From Piromyces finnis finn (Eukaryota; Fungi; Neocallimastigomycota): a stretch of 64,000 nt of DNA. Every line of letters begins with the position of its first letter. The first letter of the stretch is position 1. The position numbers and the translations under genes are program-made. Below the pieces are notes generated by a model. The model saw only the letters and a program-made list of their open reading frames with translations. It had not been told where the DNA came from and did no database searches. The DNA lies in assembly GCA_002104945.1 (NCBI GenBank), contig MCFH01000009.1, positions 62,001-126,000 of the forward strand. Direction: 5' to 3'. Below are positions 14,409 through 28,990 of the stretch, piece after piece.

Positions 14409-15371
14409 TAGCTAATTTAATAGTATAGTTATATTTTCAAGAAAAAAAACATTATTATCATTATTATTAGTAGTAATTACATTTAATATAGTTTATAATT
14501 AATATGAAGTTTCTATATTTATCACTTCATTTTTTGCTTGTAATATTATTATTTTATTTAGTTATACTTTTCTAGTTTTTTTTAATTTTCTTTTATTATT
14601 TAAAAAAATATTTTATTTTATTAGAGATTTAATAATATATATATACTAAAAATAAAAATAAAAATAAAATAAAAATAAAATAAATTCATTTTTTGCTTGT
14701 AATATTATTATTTTAATTGGTTTTATACTTTTCTAGTTTTTTTAATTTTCTTTTATTATTTTAAATGATTATTCTAGTGTGTGCAGTAAAATATTTAAAT
14801 CCCTTCTTGGAGGAAGAAGTTTTAATAATATCAATTACAATTCAAGGAAATGGAAAGAACTTTGCAAGTGTCAGATTCAATCTAGCACTAAGTCAAATAC
14901 AATTATACTTAGGCTTTCTTATTTTAATTACTAGAATATATTATAACTAATTTTCTATTCATTTGTGTTTATTTAAACCTATTTTTTTTTAACTTTTATT
15001 TTTGTTTTTTTTTTATAATTAAATTAATAATAAATTTTAAAAATATTTGATGTCGTTATAAAAAAAAAAAAATTATTTTATTAGAGATTTAATAATCTAT
15101 ACTAAAAATAAAAATAACAATAAAAATAAAAATTATAATTACAAATTTATAAATTATAAATTGACATAAAAAAAAATTCTATTCAAATATCAAAAAAGGA
15201 ATATAGCATTTTATTTTATTTTATTTTATTATTTTTATTATTATCATATTATCATATAAAACAATTTAAGATAAAAAGATTTTATAATTATTTTTTTTTT
15301 ACTATTTCAATTATTATTATTATTATTATTATATTATAGGATCTAAATATCTTATATTAATATATTTTATA

Positions 15372-15929
15372 TTATTCATTATTATAAAATTGATCAATTA
15401 AACTATTGATACGTTCTTCTGTATTACGACAACTATTATTATTTTCTTCTAATTTGAATTCTTTAATATTTAGATAATTTAAAAAATCAATTTTTGTATA
15501 AAAATTATATTCATCTTTAATTACATAGTCAAATATCTTTTTCATTGTTTTTTGTGAGAGTATATGATCTGGATTATTTTTATTAATAATGGCGTATTTT
15601 AATTCATTAGGTAATTTTTCAAAAAAATTCTTTTTTGATTCAGATTTTAATCTTGATTTAGATGTGGTTTCAAATTGTCCAATACATTCAATAATTTCTT
15701 CAATTTCGAGAGATGAAATGGATTTATTGTCCGTATAGTCTTCCATTTCTGGAAAATGGATAGTCTCTATTGAACTTGATGTTGTTAAAGAATGATAACT
15801 AGAACAATATGGTATTCCTTGTGTTGTATCTTTATCGATTGATATGGTGTTATTTCCTCTATTTATTGATGCTTCATCCTGTGAAGATGACCAATGAATT
15901 TGTTCTGTATTTATATTATCATTCATTTC

Positions 15930-15961
<32 letters not shown>

Positions 15962-17930
15962 CAAATGAATCAATACCATTGAAATTATTAAGTAAAATGG
16001 AAAGTAAAGAATTAGTTTCATCGATAGTTTCATCGATATCTAATTGTTCACTAGAAATAGTTTTAAATAAAGTATTATTACTATTCTTTAATTTTATAGA
16101 ATTTTGAATTTTGAATTTATTCGATAATAAATAACGAGAAGCCTTTAAAACATCTAAAGCAATACTTGCTTCTAATCTTTTTGCAACGGATTTAATATTA
16201 TTTCTATATGCTAAAGTATAATACTTTTTAGCTAATCTCTCATTTCGACATACTTTAATACCCGTATCATGAATAACAGCCAAGGTTAAATAAGAATTTC
16301 CATGACCTTGTAAACCTGCTAATTCAAACCATTTTATAGCAGTAAAAGTATTTTTTTCAATTCCAATGCCATATAAAAAGCAACGTCCTAAATTATATTG
16401 TCCAAAAGGTGAACCTTTAGAAGCAGCTTTAGAATAATATTTAAATGCCATTATCTTATTCTACGGGAAAAAATTATTTAATATTATTAATATATACATT
16501 TCATTGTTATTAAAATTTATATTTTATAAAAAATAGATGTAATATTTGTAAAATTAATATATTAATATTGATTATTATATTTTTATAACTCACTTTTTCA
16601 GTACCAATACCATGTTCATGAAAGAAACCTATAATGTTGGTACCACTTATTGATCCAAAATCAGAAGCCATTTTATAATCTATTAAATATAATATATATA
16701 TAATATATATATTATATTTAAATAATGATATGAATTAAATTTTAAATTAATATATCTAATTAAAATATTATAATAAATGAGTATAACTGAAAGAATAATT
16801 AATAATATTAAATATACTATATTTAAAAAATAAAAATGCAAGTTTTTATTATTCAACAACTCTATATAATTAATAATACTAAATTATATATATATATAAA
16901 ATTATATTATAATGATTTACATTTAAAGGCTTCATTATAATTTTGCATAACAACGATTCCATTTTCATATAGCATAGCCAAATTATATAATGCTGCAGCT
17001 TCATTAGAATTAGCAGCTTTACGATACCATTTTAAAGCCATTTCTTCATTTTTTTCTAATGTCTCAGTTCCTTCATAGTTTATCATACCTATTAAATTTT
17101 GAGCACCAGAATGACCATATTCTGCTGCAATTTTTGCAAAATTATAGGCTTTTTCAACATTACGTTCTACACCTAATCCGTTATAATATGATGATGCAAC
17201 AATAAATAGAGAACTTATATGTTCTAATTTTGCTAATGACTCTAACCAGTGTAAGGTAATATATGGCCCTAAATTTTTTGATTGTTTTTTGTATTTTTTT
17301 GAAATACATTGATTAATTACGATACCAGGTCTACCATATTGTTTTAAAAAACCTAATCTATATATATAAAATTATATATTTTATTATTTTTTAAATTATT
17401 AATTAAAGGATAATAAATAAGAAAATAATTCTATGTTTAATTATTATAATATACAATTGTATAATACGAATGCTTTCTTACCTTATTAATGATAAGCCAA
17501 CAGGTGATTTACAATAATAATTTAATTTATTATTTCCTAATCCTAAAGTATAATAACGCTCTGCTTTGTAATAATTAATAGGAAGTCCAGCCAGACCATT
17601 TTCATAATAATAGCCTATGATTGCAAAAGCAATCGGGCATCCTAAAATAGCAGCTTCTTTATACAATACTAAAGCCTTCTTTTCAATATTAATAACTTCT
17701 TCACATGAACTATAGTAACTAGATATGTATACTTTTGCACGATAACGTCTTTCATTTTTTATTGTTTGTAAACCATTAAACAGTATTTTATTAGCCATTA
17801 TTATTTTTGTAATAGCGTATAATTTTGGGAAATTACATTTTTTTGTTACATTTGTTGTAGTTGTATTTTCTGATATTGAATACTTTGGTGGTGACAGTAT
17901 ATTTACTTTTAACCAAAACCAATCGTTCAT
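15372..17930 (-). CDS. Sel1-like repeat (SLR) protein, 4 exons
   Basis: Repeated SLR motifs: AFAIIGYYYENG, SSYYNGLGVERNVEKA, ALYNLAMLYENG, GFFHEHGIGTEK and GQYNLGRCFLYGIGIEKN. Exons are at about 17930-17483, 17357-16919, 16680-16592 and 16460-15372. Confidence 0.88.
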
Positions 17931-20900
17931 ATTTTATTTTGTCTTTTAAATAAAAATATTATAAATATAAATATAATATCTATTGTTTTTATTATTAGAT
18001 AAGCCTTTTATATAATGATTCTTCAAATATAATTAAAATATTAATTTATTTAATGTGTGTAAGTTTATTACTGTATTAAAGGATTAATGCAATTTTTAAA
18101 TTATGAAGCATAAAAATGCAAAAATTGTAGTATATAATTAACCTTTAGGGTTTTGTATTATTATATACTACTAATCATTAATTATTAAAATATTGCTTTT
18201 TAAATAATTATAGGTTTTTTTTAATGATATTCTTATTTACAAAAAATGATATTTTAAATTTTTAAATAATTATTATAATATCTTAATTTTTCGTTTATAA
18301 AAGCATTTTTATTTTGTTTTATTTGAAAAAAAAGAAAAAAATAGTAGTAACAAGTAATAAATATTTGTATATATTATGCGATTAATATTATAAGCTATGT
18401 TATTATTATTATTATTCATAATGGTAATCTTTAACTTATTCGACGATTTATTTATAGAATTAATATTCATATTTTATGATTTGATTTTATTAAATTATAA
18501 TAGAATAATTAATAAATTTTAAATTGTTTTAAAATTTTATAAAAATATTAAATTTACTATACATGATTATTAAGTAAATAATTACTAAAAATTTTATATT
18601 TAATTTATTATAAAGAATTGAAAAAAACTTGAATTTTAAATTTATTTATGATCTAAATATTAATATTTTTTTAATATACTATCTAATACCAAAAATATTT
18701 AATTATATTTATTTTATTTTAGTTTTATAATGATATAACAATTAAAACAATAACTCGTTAGTGTGTTTAGTGTGTACTAAAAATAGTAGTGATTTTTTAA
18801 ACAATAAAAATTATTAATTTATTGATTACTATAAATAAATAAAATTAAATTAATTATTTTTTGTCATACATTTCTTAATTATCAAGAATAATTATTTTTA
18901 ATAGATAAATAAACTATTATTGATTTAAATAAAAAATATAAAGTTAAAACGATAGAGTTATTTTATTATTTATTATACTAAAATTCAATGAATTAATTCA
19001 AGAATAATTAACTAATAATAAATATTTCAAAATGGTATCTACATTAACCGATTATAATATTAATTATTATTTGAATTAATAATTTTTTCTGTCAATTCAT
19101 TTTAATGAGTTTTACTATATCATTTAAAATGAACTGACTATTTGAAATAGATAAAAAAAAATACATTTTAGAAGAATTTGGTCATTCTTTTTTTTTTTCC
19201 AAATATATGTTTTTTTTAATTAAATAAATAATACATCTTTTCTTATAATAACTTATAATTATAAATAAATAAAAAAAAAGAATATTTATATATGTATTTT
19301 ATCAATTAAATTGATTTTTTTTTTTATTGAATTGCATTAATAACTAATTATGTAAATAATATTATATGTATTACAAAAGAGAATAAAAATATTTTTTTTT
19401 TTCTTACAAATCTTTAGACTATAAATATTACTAATGACTTTCATGAGTATTAAATATTATTTTAATTAAGGCCTTTAATTAACTAGATCATTTTATAAAT
19501 TCTTAGAATTACCATAAAATACAAATAATAATAATAAAAAAATGAAAAGTTTTTCTTTTTTACGATTTTTATAACTAACTAAATGTTTATATTTAAATTG
19601 TATTTTACATTTTGATACATTACAATATTTTTATAATTGTAATTAAAAAATTTCTTTAATAGTCAATATTAAAATATTTGAATAAAAAAGGTAATACAAT
19701 TTCTTTACTACAACAAAAGAATATTTAAAGCATTAAAATAATATTTATTAAAGTTTACATAAAAGAATATTAAATTAACATGTAACCAATAGACTAGAAT
19801 ATATATTTAAAATATATTATAATATATAGTCATATATTGATAAATTATATTAAAATCTAAAATTACTTTGTATGGAATTATAAATAATTATCCAATAAAT
19901 ATATAAAAAATAAATTAAAACGGTAAATATACATATTTAATATACTGTAATATATTACCAAAAAGTTTTTTTTATTATATAGAAATTTTAAAAGAAAAAA
20001 GTGGTGTTTCGTAACAACAAATATGAAAAAGAAAGTAATGCGTCTTTGAAAGAATATATAAAAAATAAAGGAAATGTTTAGTGCTATTTTATGTTACTAA
20101 TCATTATATCTATATACATATTAAAAGTATAATATATTTACGATAAATAGTATCCAACATATTATAACATTTTATGATTATAATTTTAGTCCATTTAGAA
20201 CTTTTTATTTGACCTATTATTAATTTAATATCTAAAAATATTTTTTAAACATAAAAAATACAAGCCATAAATAATATAAATAGTTTAAATGTATACCCTA
20301 CATTAAATTATTAAATTATTACAATAAAGTGTTAATTTATACTACATTAAAATGTTATTTATTACATAAGTAATAAAGCCACGATTAAAAATATTTACTC
20401 AATTTACTCCTATTTTACAAAAGTTCTAATGTTTAGAATTAAAGGAAATGTAAACATTTATTAAGGAAAGAATTAAGTATATAATATTATTTTCATCCTT
20501 ACAGAAACTATATAATTGTATGTAGAGTTATAATAGTTAAATCTTTAACAGAAATAAAGTGGTAATAAAAATAAAAGCTGTGGCAAATCCAATACTGAAT
20601 ATCTAAAATTTCAATATATAAAAAAGAATAATTATTAATAATAGTTTTTTTTGATATTACTTTTTAAAGATTTAATTTAATTTAAATATATATCAATATA
20701 TTTCAATATATAATATTTTAATATAAATAATATATTATTTATATAAATAAAAAATTCAATGACTTGTAATGAGAAAATATAGAAATCATATTTTAATATA
20801 AAATATTATATAAAGAAATAATTTAATAATTAATAAATTTTTACCAAAACTTTTTTTTCTCTTTAAAGAAAAAAAAAAATACAAAAAATAATATAAAATA

Positions 20901-21718
20901 AATAAAAAAAATAAATATTTTTTTTATATATATTATAATATTTTCCAAATAAATTTATAAAATAAATTATAAATTGGCAAGAAAAAAAACAACAAATAAA
21001 AAAAAATAACAAAAAAAATATAATAAAAAAAGAAAAACATATTTATAGAATAAATATTAAAGTTTTTTTTTTTTATTACAAAAAAGTAAAGAAATAAATA
21101 ATTTAAACAGTGAAATTACTTATTTCTTTTCTTTTTTATTACTTTATGTTATATATTATAAATACGAATTTCTTATTTATTTTGTAAATACGTTTTTAAT
21201 AAATAAGTAAAGATTCTATAAATAAAAAAAAAAAAAGAGAGAATCTTTAGTAAATTAAATATAACAATTTAACAAAATTAACAGTATATAATACTTTTAA
21301 TTAACACTTCAAAAATCCACAAATTAAAAGGTTATTTAACTAGTAATTTTTCTCATTTATATATATAATATTACACAATAATGTACTTTTATTTGAAAAA
21401 ACTATTTTAATATTTATTCAATCTATTTTAAGCAACACATATTAACCCTCTTTTATATATAAATTCTTTTTTTTTTTCAATCCAATAAATTAACAATTTA
21501 TTGAATAATTTATAAATAATAACAAAAAAAATTCAATTAATAGAATTAAAAATCAATTTTTTTATATAATAGAATTTATATTTTTCTATTTTTAGTGTTA
21601 TAATTATCTCAAACTAGTCTTTAATTGATATTTATCAGTTATAATATTCAAAATACAAAATTAAAAATAATATCTTTTGATATAAATCTAAATCAATACA
21701 ATATTAACTGTGGTAACA

Positions 21719-24700
21719 ATGTTAACAACTGAAAATTTTGAAGAAGTTAATCAAGTTGAATCAGCAAATACTAAACTTAAAAATCCAGTTTCTGTTGATG
21801 GTAATACCTCACAAATTCAGATTGTTGATGAAAACAAACAATTCACGTAAGTATTTAAAGGCAATTAAGTATTTATATTTATTAATTTTATTATAATAAA
21901 AAATAAAGAAATTCCGATATGTTTTTAATTAATAATAAATAAAAAATATGCATATAACAACTATAATAGTAAGATTTTATCAGAATCTATGAAAAATGTT
22001 TGGGGATTGGAACAAAATGGATTTAACTATCATATTCTTTCAATTTTTGGTTCTCAAAGTACTGGTAAAAGTAAGTATTTTCATTATAATTTTATATTTA
22101 AATTAAAAAATATCTAATTATTTATAATTGTTATTTGAATAGGTACTTTATTAAATAAACTTTTTAACACCAAGTTTCAAGTTATGAACGAAAAAAGTAG
22201 ACAACAAACAACCAAGGGTATCTGGATAAGTCAAGGTGAAAACTCAAATTTATTAATTTTAGATGTCGAAGGTACTGATGGTCGCGAACGTGGTGAAGAA
22301 CAAGTATGTATTAAATATTTTCTTAGCTTTCAAAGTGATCATTTTTCATGCGACTAACCTATATAAAAATATTTATTTTTGTAAATTAGGAATTCGAAAG
22401 AAAGAGTGCTCTTTTCACTTTAGCTATTTCAGAAGTTTTAGTAATAAATATTTGGGAAAATATGGTTGGTCTTTATCAAGGTGCTAATATGGGCTTATTA
22501 AAAACTGTCTTTGAAGTCAATATGCAACTTTTCTTACAACAACAAGGGTAAATAAATAAATATTAAACAAAGAGATTTTGTATTAATAAAAAAATATATA
22601 TAATTTTTGGGAAAAAAATTAAATTGATATTTCTAGAACTAATTATAAATTTTTTATAATAAAATACAAAAATAATAGTAAAATCAAAACTTTACTTTTA
22701 TTTGTTATTCGTGATTTCACTGCAAGAACACCATTAAGTAATCTATCAGAAGTTTTAACAAATGAATTAAACAAGATGTGGAAAGATATTTCTAAGGTAA
22801 TAATAATAATAATATAATAAAGATATATAAATTAAAATAATAATAAATATTAATAATAATTTAAATTAATCATATAAACAGCCAGAAGAATATAGTGAAA
22901 GTAACCTCTCTGACTACTTTGACTTAATGTTTACAACATTACCACATAAAATTTACCTACCTGAGCAATTTGAAAATGAAGTTCTTCAATTAAAAGAAAG
23001 GTAATAAAAAATATTAGATTATAAATATAATAATTATAATGTATATATTGTTAAATGTAATAAAATATTATTAATACTTTATTAATTTTATTATTTGTAC
23101 TATTTAATATAATAAAGATTTTACAATACTGAAGATCCAAACTATGTATTTAAACCAAAATATCATAGAGGTATTCCAGCTGATGGATTCTCTAGTTATG
23201 CAGAAAACATTTGGGTAAATATTACAACTAATCATAATAAAAGAAAAAGAAAAGATTAATAAAGAAAAATAGAAGTAATTAATAATCTGAAATTTTATCA
23301 TTTATTATATTAGGATCAAGTAGCATATAATCATGATCTTGATATTCCAACTCAACAACAACTTTTAGCTGAATATAGATGTGATGAAATTGCAAAGGTA
23401 AATTAAGTTTAAGCTAAAAAGGATATACTGATTTATTTATTTTTATCTTAATAAAGAAATGATATTTACAAAATATTAATAATAAATTTGTTATATCTTA
23501 AAATATTTACAATTATAATCATAGGCTATTATAGACGAATTTCAAATTGATATTACTAAATATAAAGAAAAGTTAGAAGACGGTGAAATTTTAGAAGATA
23601 TGGGAAAAATCTTTAATGAGGTTAGAGACAGATCATTAGAATTATATGACCACAGTGCAGGAAGATATAGAAAGGAAGTTTACAATCGTAAAAGAATAGA
23701 ATTCATTGAAAAAATGAATACTTATTTACATGTTTACTACTTATTACAACTCCGTAATGTAGAAAAGAAGGCTTATGCTGACTTCAAAAATAAAATAACA
23801 GAAGCCATTAAAGATGATTCATTATATTTTGTTGAAATTCTTGAAAAACAGAAATCCAAAAGTATTGAATTCTTTAATCAAGTTGCTGAAGATTCAAAGT
23901 TAATCGATACCAACTGGGTATTCACTGACCATCTTAGTCAATTAACTAAGGAAATTAATGAATACGGTAAAATAACTAAGGATCAACAATTAAATAAGAT
24001 AAAGAAGAATTCTGAAGTAAATATATCAAATTTGTTATAAATATATATATATTTATTAATATTTATTAATACTAATAATTTTTTATATTGAAAATGTTAA
24101 ATAGAAAAATACATTCAACTTATTAGCTGCTTCAGTGCCACAAAAGATGAATAATGTTCGTGATCATCTTTGGGATGAATTAGGTAATGATTTAGAAAAG
24201 GCTTTAACTAATTCTATTGAATCATACAAGACCTTAATTAATGGTTATGACTGTACGGATGAAGAAATTAATGATAATGTAAAATCTATTCGAAAGAATG
24301 GTTGGAATGCTTTCTGTAACTTAGTCGCTGAAGAAACTACAGATAACATTATATTAGTTCACCTTCGTGAAAAATTCGAAGAAATCTTCCGTTATGATAA
24401 ATCTGGTCTTCCAAGAATTTGGAACAATAATGATGATATTGATTCATTCTTTAAAAAGGCTAAAGATGAAGCTTTAGCACTAATCTCTCTCTTTACTTTT
24501 ATTGATATTTCAGAACAAAAGATAAGAAAAATTACTGGTATTGAAGAAGTAAGTATATTATTAATGATATAATTAATATACATTGTTATAAATAGATATA
24601 AAAGATTTTAAATATTGAAATGTTTATTAAATATGTATTTTTAAATATATTTTTTTTCGAAAAAAAAAAGCTTCAAAAAGAAGATTTAACCATCATTGAT

Positions 24701-25135
24701 GCTGATCGTTCTAAAAAAATTTTAAATAAATTCTTAAGAGATATAGAACTTCAATATATTGATGCAAAACGTTCTGTCGTTAGAACTACTTCAAAAGTTC
24801 CACCATGGTTTATCATCTTAACAATGGCTTTAGGTTATAATGAATTCCTTTCTATCTTAAAGAACCCAATATATTTAATTGGTATTGTTTTGATAAGTGT
24901 ATTTATATACGTCTTATATATTACTAATTTATTAAAACCTGTTATTCATGTTGGACAAGTTATTGTACAAGATATTTTGTTACAATTAAAAGCCAAAACA
25001 GAAAAAAAACATAAAACTAACAAAGTCGATACTGATAATATCAGTTACTTTGATGAAGATATTCCATTATCAAAATTAAATAGACGTAAGAATAAGAATA
25101 ATTTTGATTCTAACGCTACTTTAGTTAACTTTTAA
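21719..25135 (+). CDS. SEY1: SEY1/RHD3 atlastin-like ER fusion GTPase, multi-exon
   Basis: The spliced product has the P-loop [15 protein letters not shown], plus [21 protein letters not shown] and [19 protein letters not shown]. The C-terminal hairpin membrane segment is [17 protein letters not shown]. Confidence 0.95.
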
Positions 25136-27350
25136 CTCAATTAACAACGAAATCATTTTTAACTTTTTTTTTTTCTAATTAATAAATAAATTTTTTTTTA
25201 ATTCTTTTAGTTTAGTTAACTTTTTTTTTTTTCTTTTCTTATCTTATTCTTAATGAAAATGAATAAAAATAAAACTATTAGTTTTTTAATTTTTTAAGTA
25301 TAGAATTATCTATGACTACAATTTAATTGTATTCATTCAAATATCATATTATAAAAGAAAAGAAAAAAAAAAAAAAAAAATAAATGAAATTAATATTATA
25401 ATACAATATAAAAATTGAAATTATAAAAATTAATAATATAATAAATAAAAATTATAAAAAATTAATAAAAAAAAATATAAACATAAAGTGTATTCTAATT
25501 TCATATATGAAAAATATGAATGCAATCATATTTGAATATAAAAGAATGATAAATATTCTTGACGAAAACAACTAGGATAATTAAAAATATATTTTTATAA
25601 AAGAATGAATTTGATAAATATATATAATGAACATTTAACTTTAAGATACGAATTCTTCCAATAAAAATATATATGGAGGACAATCAATTATAAATTGTCA
25701 ATAATTTTATAGGAAATGGATGGCTAAGTCTATTAGTTTTATAAAATATGGAAAATAAGAACTAATAAAAAATATTATACTATTTTTTATAGTTCCCAGA
25801 AATTATAAGGATGAAAAAAAAAGAAAAAAAAAAAAGAAAAGAAAAAAAGAAAAAAAAAAACTGAAAATTGAAAAAGAAAAGGTATAAGTATAATTGAAAT
25901 AAATTCTACAATATTAAAAAGAAAAATAACACTTATCAGTTATAAAACAAAAATGATAAAGATAAAATATATAACATATATGCTTTATAGTTAAAAATAT
26001 ACTATTATGTACTTAATGGAGTTAAAAATTAATAGAATAAAATTATTATAAATATCATTTAAAGAATATAATAACATTTGCTTTTTGAAATATTAATAAT
26101 AAAAAATGTCAAGAGTTTTTAAAAATATTAATCAGTACGAAATGTAATAATGTAGATAAATAAAAAAAAATTATCTTGGAAAAAAAGATACTTGGATGAA
26201 AAAAAATAAAAGCAGTATTATACATTTTATTTTAATATCTATAGGCATTTACCTAATGTCTAGTTTTATTTTATATTTTTTATATAAACATAAATCTTAT
26301 TTGGTAATTATAAATATTATTTATTTCTGTTTTTACAGACTTTTTTTTTAATATAAACTATTTATTAGTTTTTTTTTTATGTATTTGATTAATTATTTTA
26401 ATAGCAATTTATTATGCAAGAAAATAAAATTCTTAGTTTTTACATTAATGAAATATAAATATTTTTTCATTCTTTAACAATAAAAAAATGTTTGTTATAA
26501 GAAAGGTGTTAAAATTTCATTATGTTAATTATTTGTTATTGAATTATCCTCTTTAACTACTTCTTCATAAAGTCATTCTTTTGTTCTTTTTTCCTTTTAT
26601 ATAATTATTGCTATGAAATTTTATGTTTATGAAATGTATTTTTTTATTCTATATAGAATAGATTAATTATATATTATGACAATATAAAATGAGTTTTTAT
26701 AATATAAAAGTTTCATGTATTAAGTGCGGAAAGTAATACAAAAAAAATAAAATAATAACTCATATTCTATATATATTAAAATATTTTCATATAAATTAAT
26801 ATTATATATATTATATTTTTTTTAACTTATTTTTTGATAATAAAATATTTATATTATATATTATTATAAATATATTATAAATATATATATACTATTTTAT
26901 ATATATAATATATTATATATATTTTTGTTGTAATGTTTTTGAATTAACCGCATATTTTAATATATGACAAATTAAAATTTAATTAAATAATTGTTATAAA
27001 TTTTAAAACTTTAAAATAATATATATTAAAAAAAGAAGATCAATAAAATTTTTTTAAAAAAAATAATTTTATTTATTATTAAATAAATTGAAAAATTACA
27101 TTTAAGGAAAGAACTTTTTTTTTTATTATTAAATATATATTTTTTAATAATCTATTAATAAATATTATATTAATTAATATCGACAAAAAAAATTGAACAA
27201 TATAAAAAAGACTAAAAATCTCTAAAATTATTCATTAACAATAATTATATTTTTTAGAAATTTTTATTATATTTGTATATAATTCATTTATTAATATTGT
27301 AAAAAAATAAAATAAAAATTAATTATCGTTAAAATATTATAAATATTAAA

Positions 27351-28622
27351 ATGAAATTATCAACAGTACTTCCATTTGTTTTTTCATTAACTTCATCATT
27401 ACTTGTTAATGGTCAAAGTTTCTGTAGTAATGCTAGTCACTCTGGTCAAAGTGTTAAAGTAACCGGAAATAAGGTTGGTTCCATTGGAGGAATTGGTTAT
27501 GAATTATGGTTTGAAGGTGGTAATAACAGTGCTACATTCTACTCTGATGGTTCATTCTCTTGTTCTTTTCAAAGTTCAAAGGATTATTTATGTCGTACTG
27601 GTCTTTCCTTTGACAGTACTAAAACCCATAGTCAATTAGGTCATATGTATGCTGATTTCAAACTTGTTAAGCAAAATATTCATAATGTTGATTACTCATA
27701 CGTTGGTATTTATGGTTGGACTAGAAACCCACTTGTTGAATTTTATGTTGTCGATAACTGGCTTAGTCCAGGTCGTCCAGGTGATTGGGTTGGTAACAGA
27801 AAACATGGTGATTTTACTATTGATGGTGCTCAATATACTGTATACGAAAATACTCGTTACGGTCCATCTATTGATGGTAACACTAATTTCAAACAATATT
27901 TCAGTATTCGTAAGCAAGCTCGTGATTGTGGTACCATTGATATTACTGCTCACTTCCAACAATGGGAAAAACTTGGAATGAACCTTGGTAAAATGCATGA
28001 AGCTAAGGTATTAGGTGAAGCTGGTAGTAACGGTGGCGGTACTAGTGGTACTGCTGATTTCCCATATGCTAAGGTTTACATTGGAAACAAGTCAAACAAT
28101 GATAATAATACTAATAATACTCCACCAGCTAATAACAATCCACCAGCTAATAATAACAACAACAATAATAACAATAACAATGGTTTTGATAACCCATGGG
28201 GTGGTAATAACCAATGGGGAAACATGTGGGGCAATGGTGGTAATAACCAATGGGGTAACATGTGGGGCAATGGTGGTAATGGTGGTGCTCAAAAGACTAC
28301 TACTACTAAAAAAACTACCACAACTATTAAGAAAACTACCACTACTAAAAGTAATACTCAACAAACCAGTTCCAACAGTGGAAGTTGCTCTTCCAAAATT
28401 ACCCAACAAGGTTACAAATGTTGTTCAAAGAACTGTGTCGTCTATTACACTGATAGTGATGGTAACTGGGGTTATGAAAACGACTGGTGTGGTTGTGCCA
28501 ACGTTGCTAAATCCTGCAGAGGAATAAATGGTTATCCATGTTGTAAAACTAATAAGACAGTTGTATTCACTGATGAATACGGAAAATGGAGTGTTGAAAA
28601 TAACGATTGGTGTTTAATTTAA
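27351..28622 (+). CDS. Secreted GH11 endo-1,4-beta-xylanase with two C-terminal fungal dockerin (CBM10-like/NCDD) domains; intronless
   Basis: Signal peptide; GH11 motifs YVGIYGWTRNPLVEFYVVDNW, PSIDGNTNFKQYFSIR and KVLGEAG; an N/G/T-rich linker; two Cys-rich modules (GYKCC...GNWGYENDWCGC and GYPCC...GKWSVENNDWC). Confidence 0.96.
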   Translation: MKLSTVLPFVFSLTSSLLVNGQSFCSNASHSGQSVKVTGNKVGSIGGIGYELWFEGGNNSATFYSDGSFSCSFQSSKDYLCRTGLSFDSTKTHSQLGHMYADFKLVKQNIHNVDYSYVGIYGWTRNPLVEFYVVDNWLSPGRPGDWVGNRKHGDFTIDGAQYTVYENTRYGPSIDGNTNFKQYFSIRKQARDCGTIDITAHFQQWEKLGMNLGKMHEAKVLGEAGSNGGGTSGTADFPYAKVYIGNKSNNDNNTNNTPPANNNPPANNNNNNNNNNNGFDNPWGGNNQWGNMWGNGGNNQWGNMWGNGGNGGAQKTTTTKKTTTTIKKTTTTKSNTQQTSSNSGSCSSKITQQGYKCCSKNCVVYYTDSDGNWGYENDWCGCANVAKSCRGINGYPCCKTNKTVVFTDEYGKWSVENNDWCLI

Positions 28623-28990
28623 AATTTAAATTAATTTATTTTTTTTCATTGTTTTACTGTAAAATATTAATTTATAAAATACATTTTTAAAGAAAAATGT
28701 TTATATATTATTTTTAATTTGTTATAAATAGAATGTAGATTTAATATTCAATAAAAAATAAAAGTAATTAAAAAAAAGATAATTTTAAAATTTATTTAAA
28801 AAGTCATTGTATAATTTAAGAAAAGTATTGATGTTTATAAATTTTTATCTTTATATAATTTATTTGGTTTTTTTATTTATTTCAATTTTTAAATTATTAA
28901 AAAATGAATTAATCCATCAATTAAAAGAATTTTATTTTTTTATTTTTTTATTTTTAAATAATTTTGTTTTATAGTTAGTTAATTAGTAAT

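Noticed and set aside
19462-19482. Near-palindrome TTAATTAAGGCCTTTAATTAA
   Set aside because: It is imperfect, mostly A/T and isolated.
25721-25726. GGCTAA XlnR-like site upstream of the xylanase
   Set aside because: It is a single hexamer 1.6 kb away, and XlnR is an ascomycete regulator.
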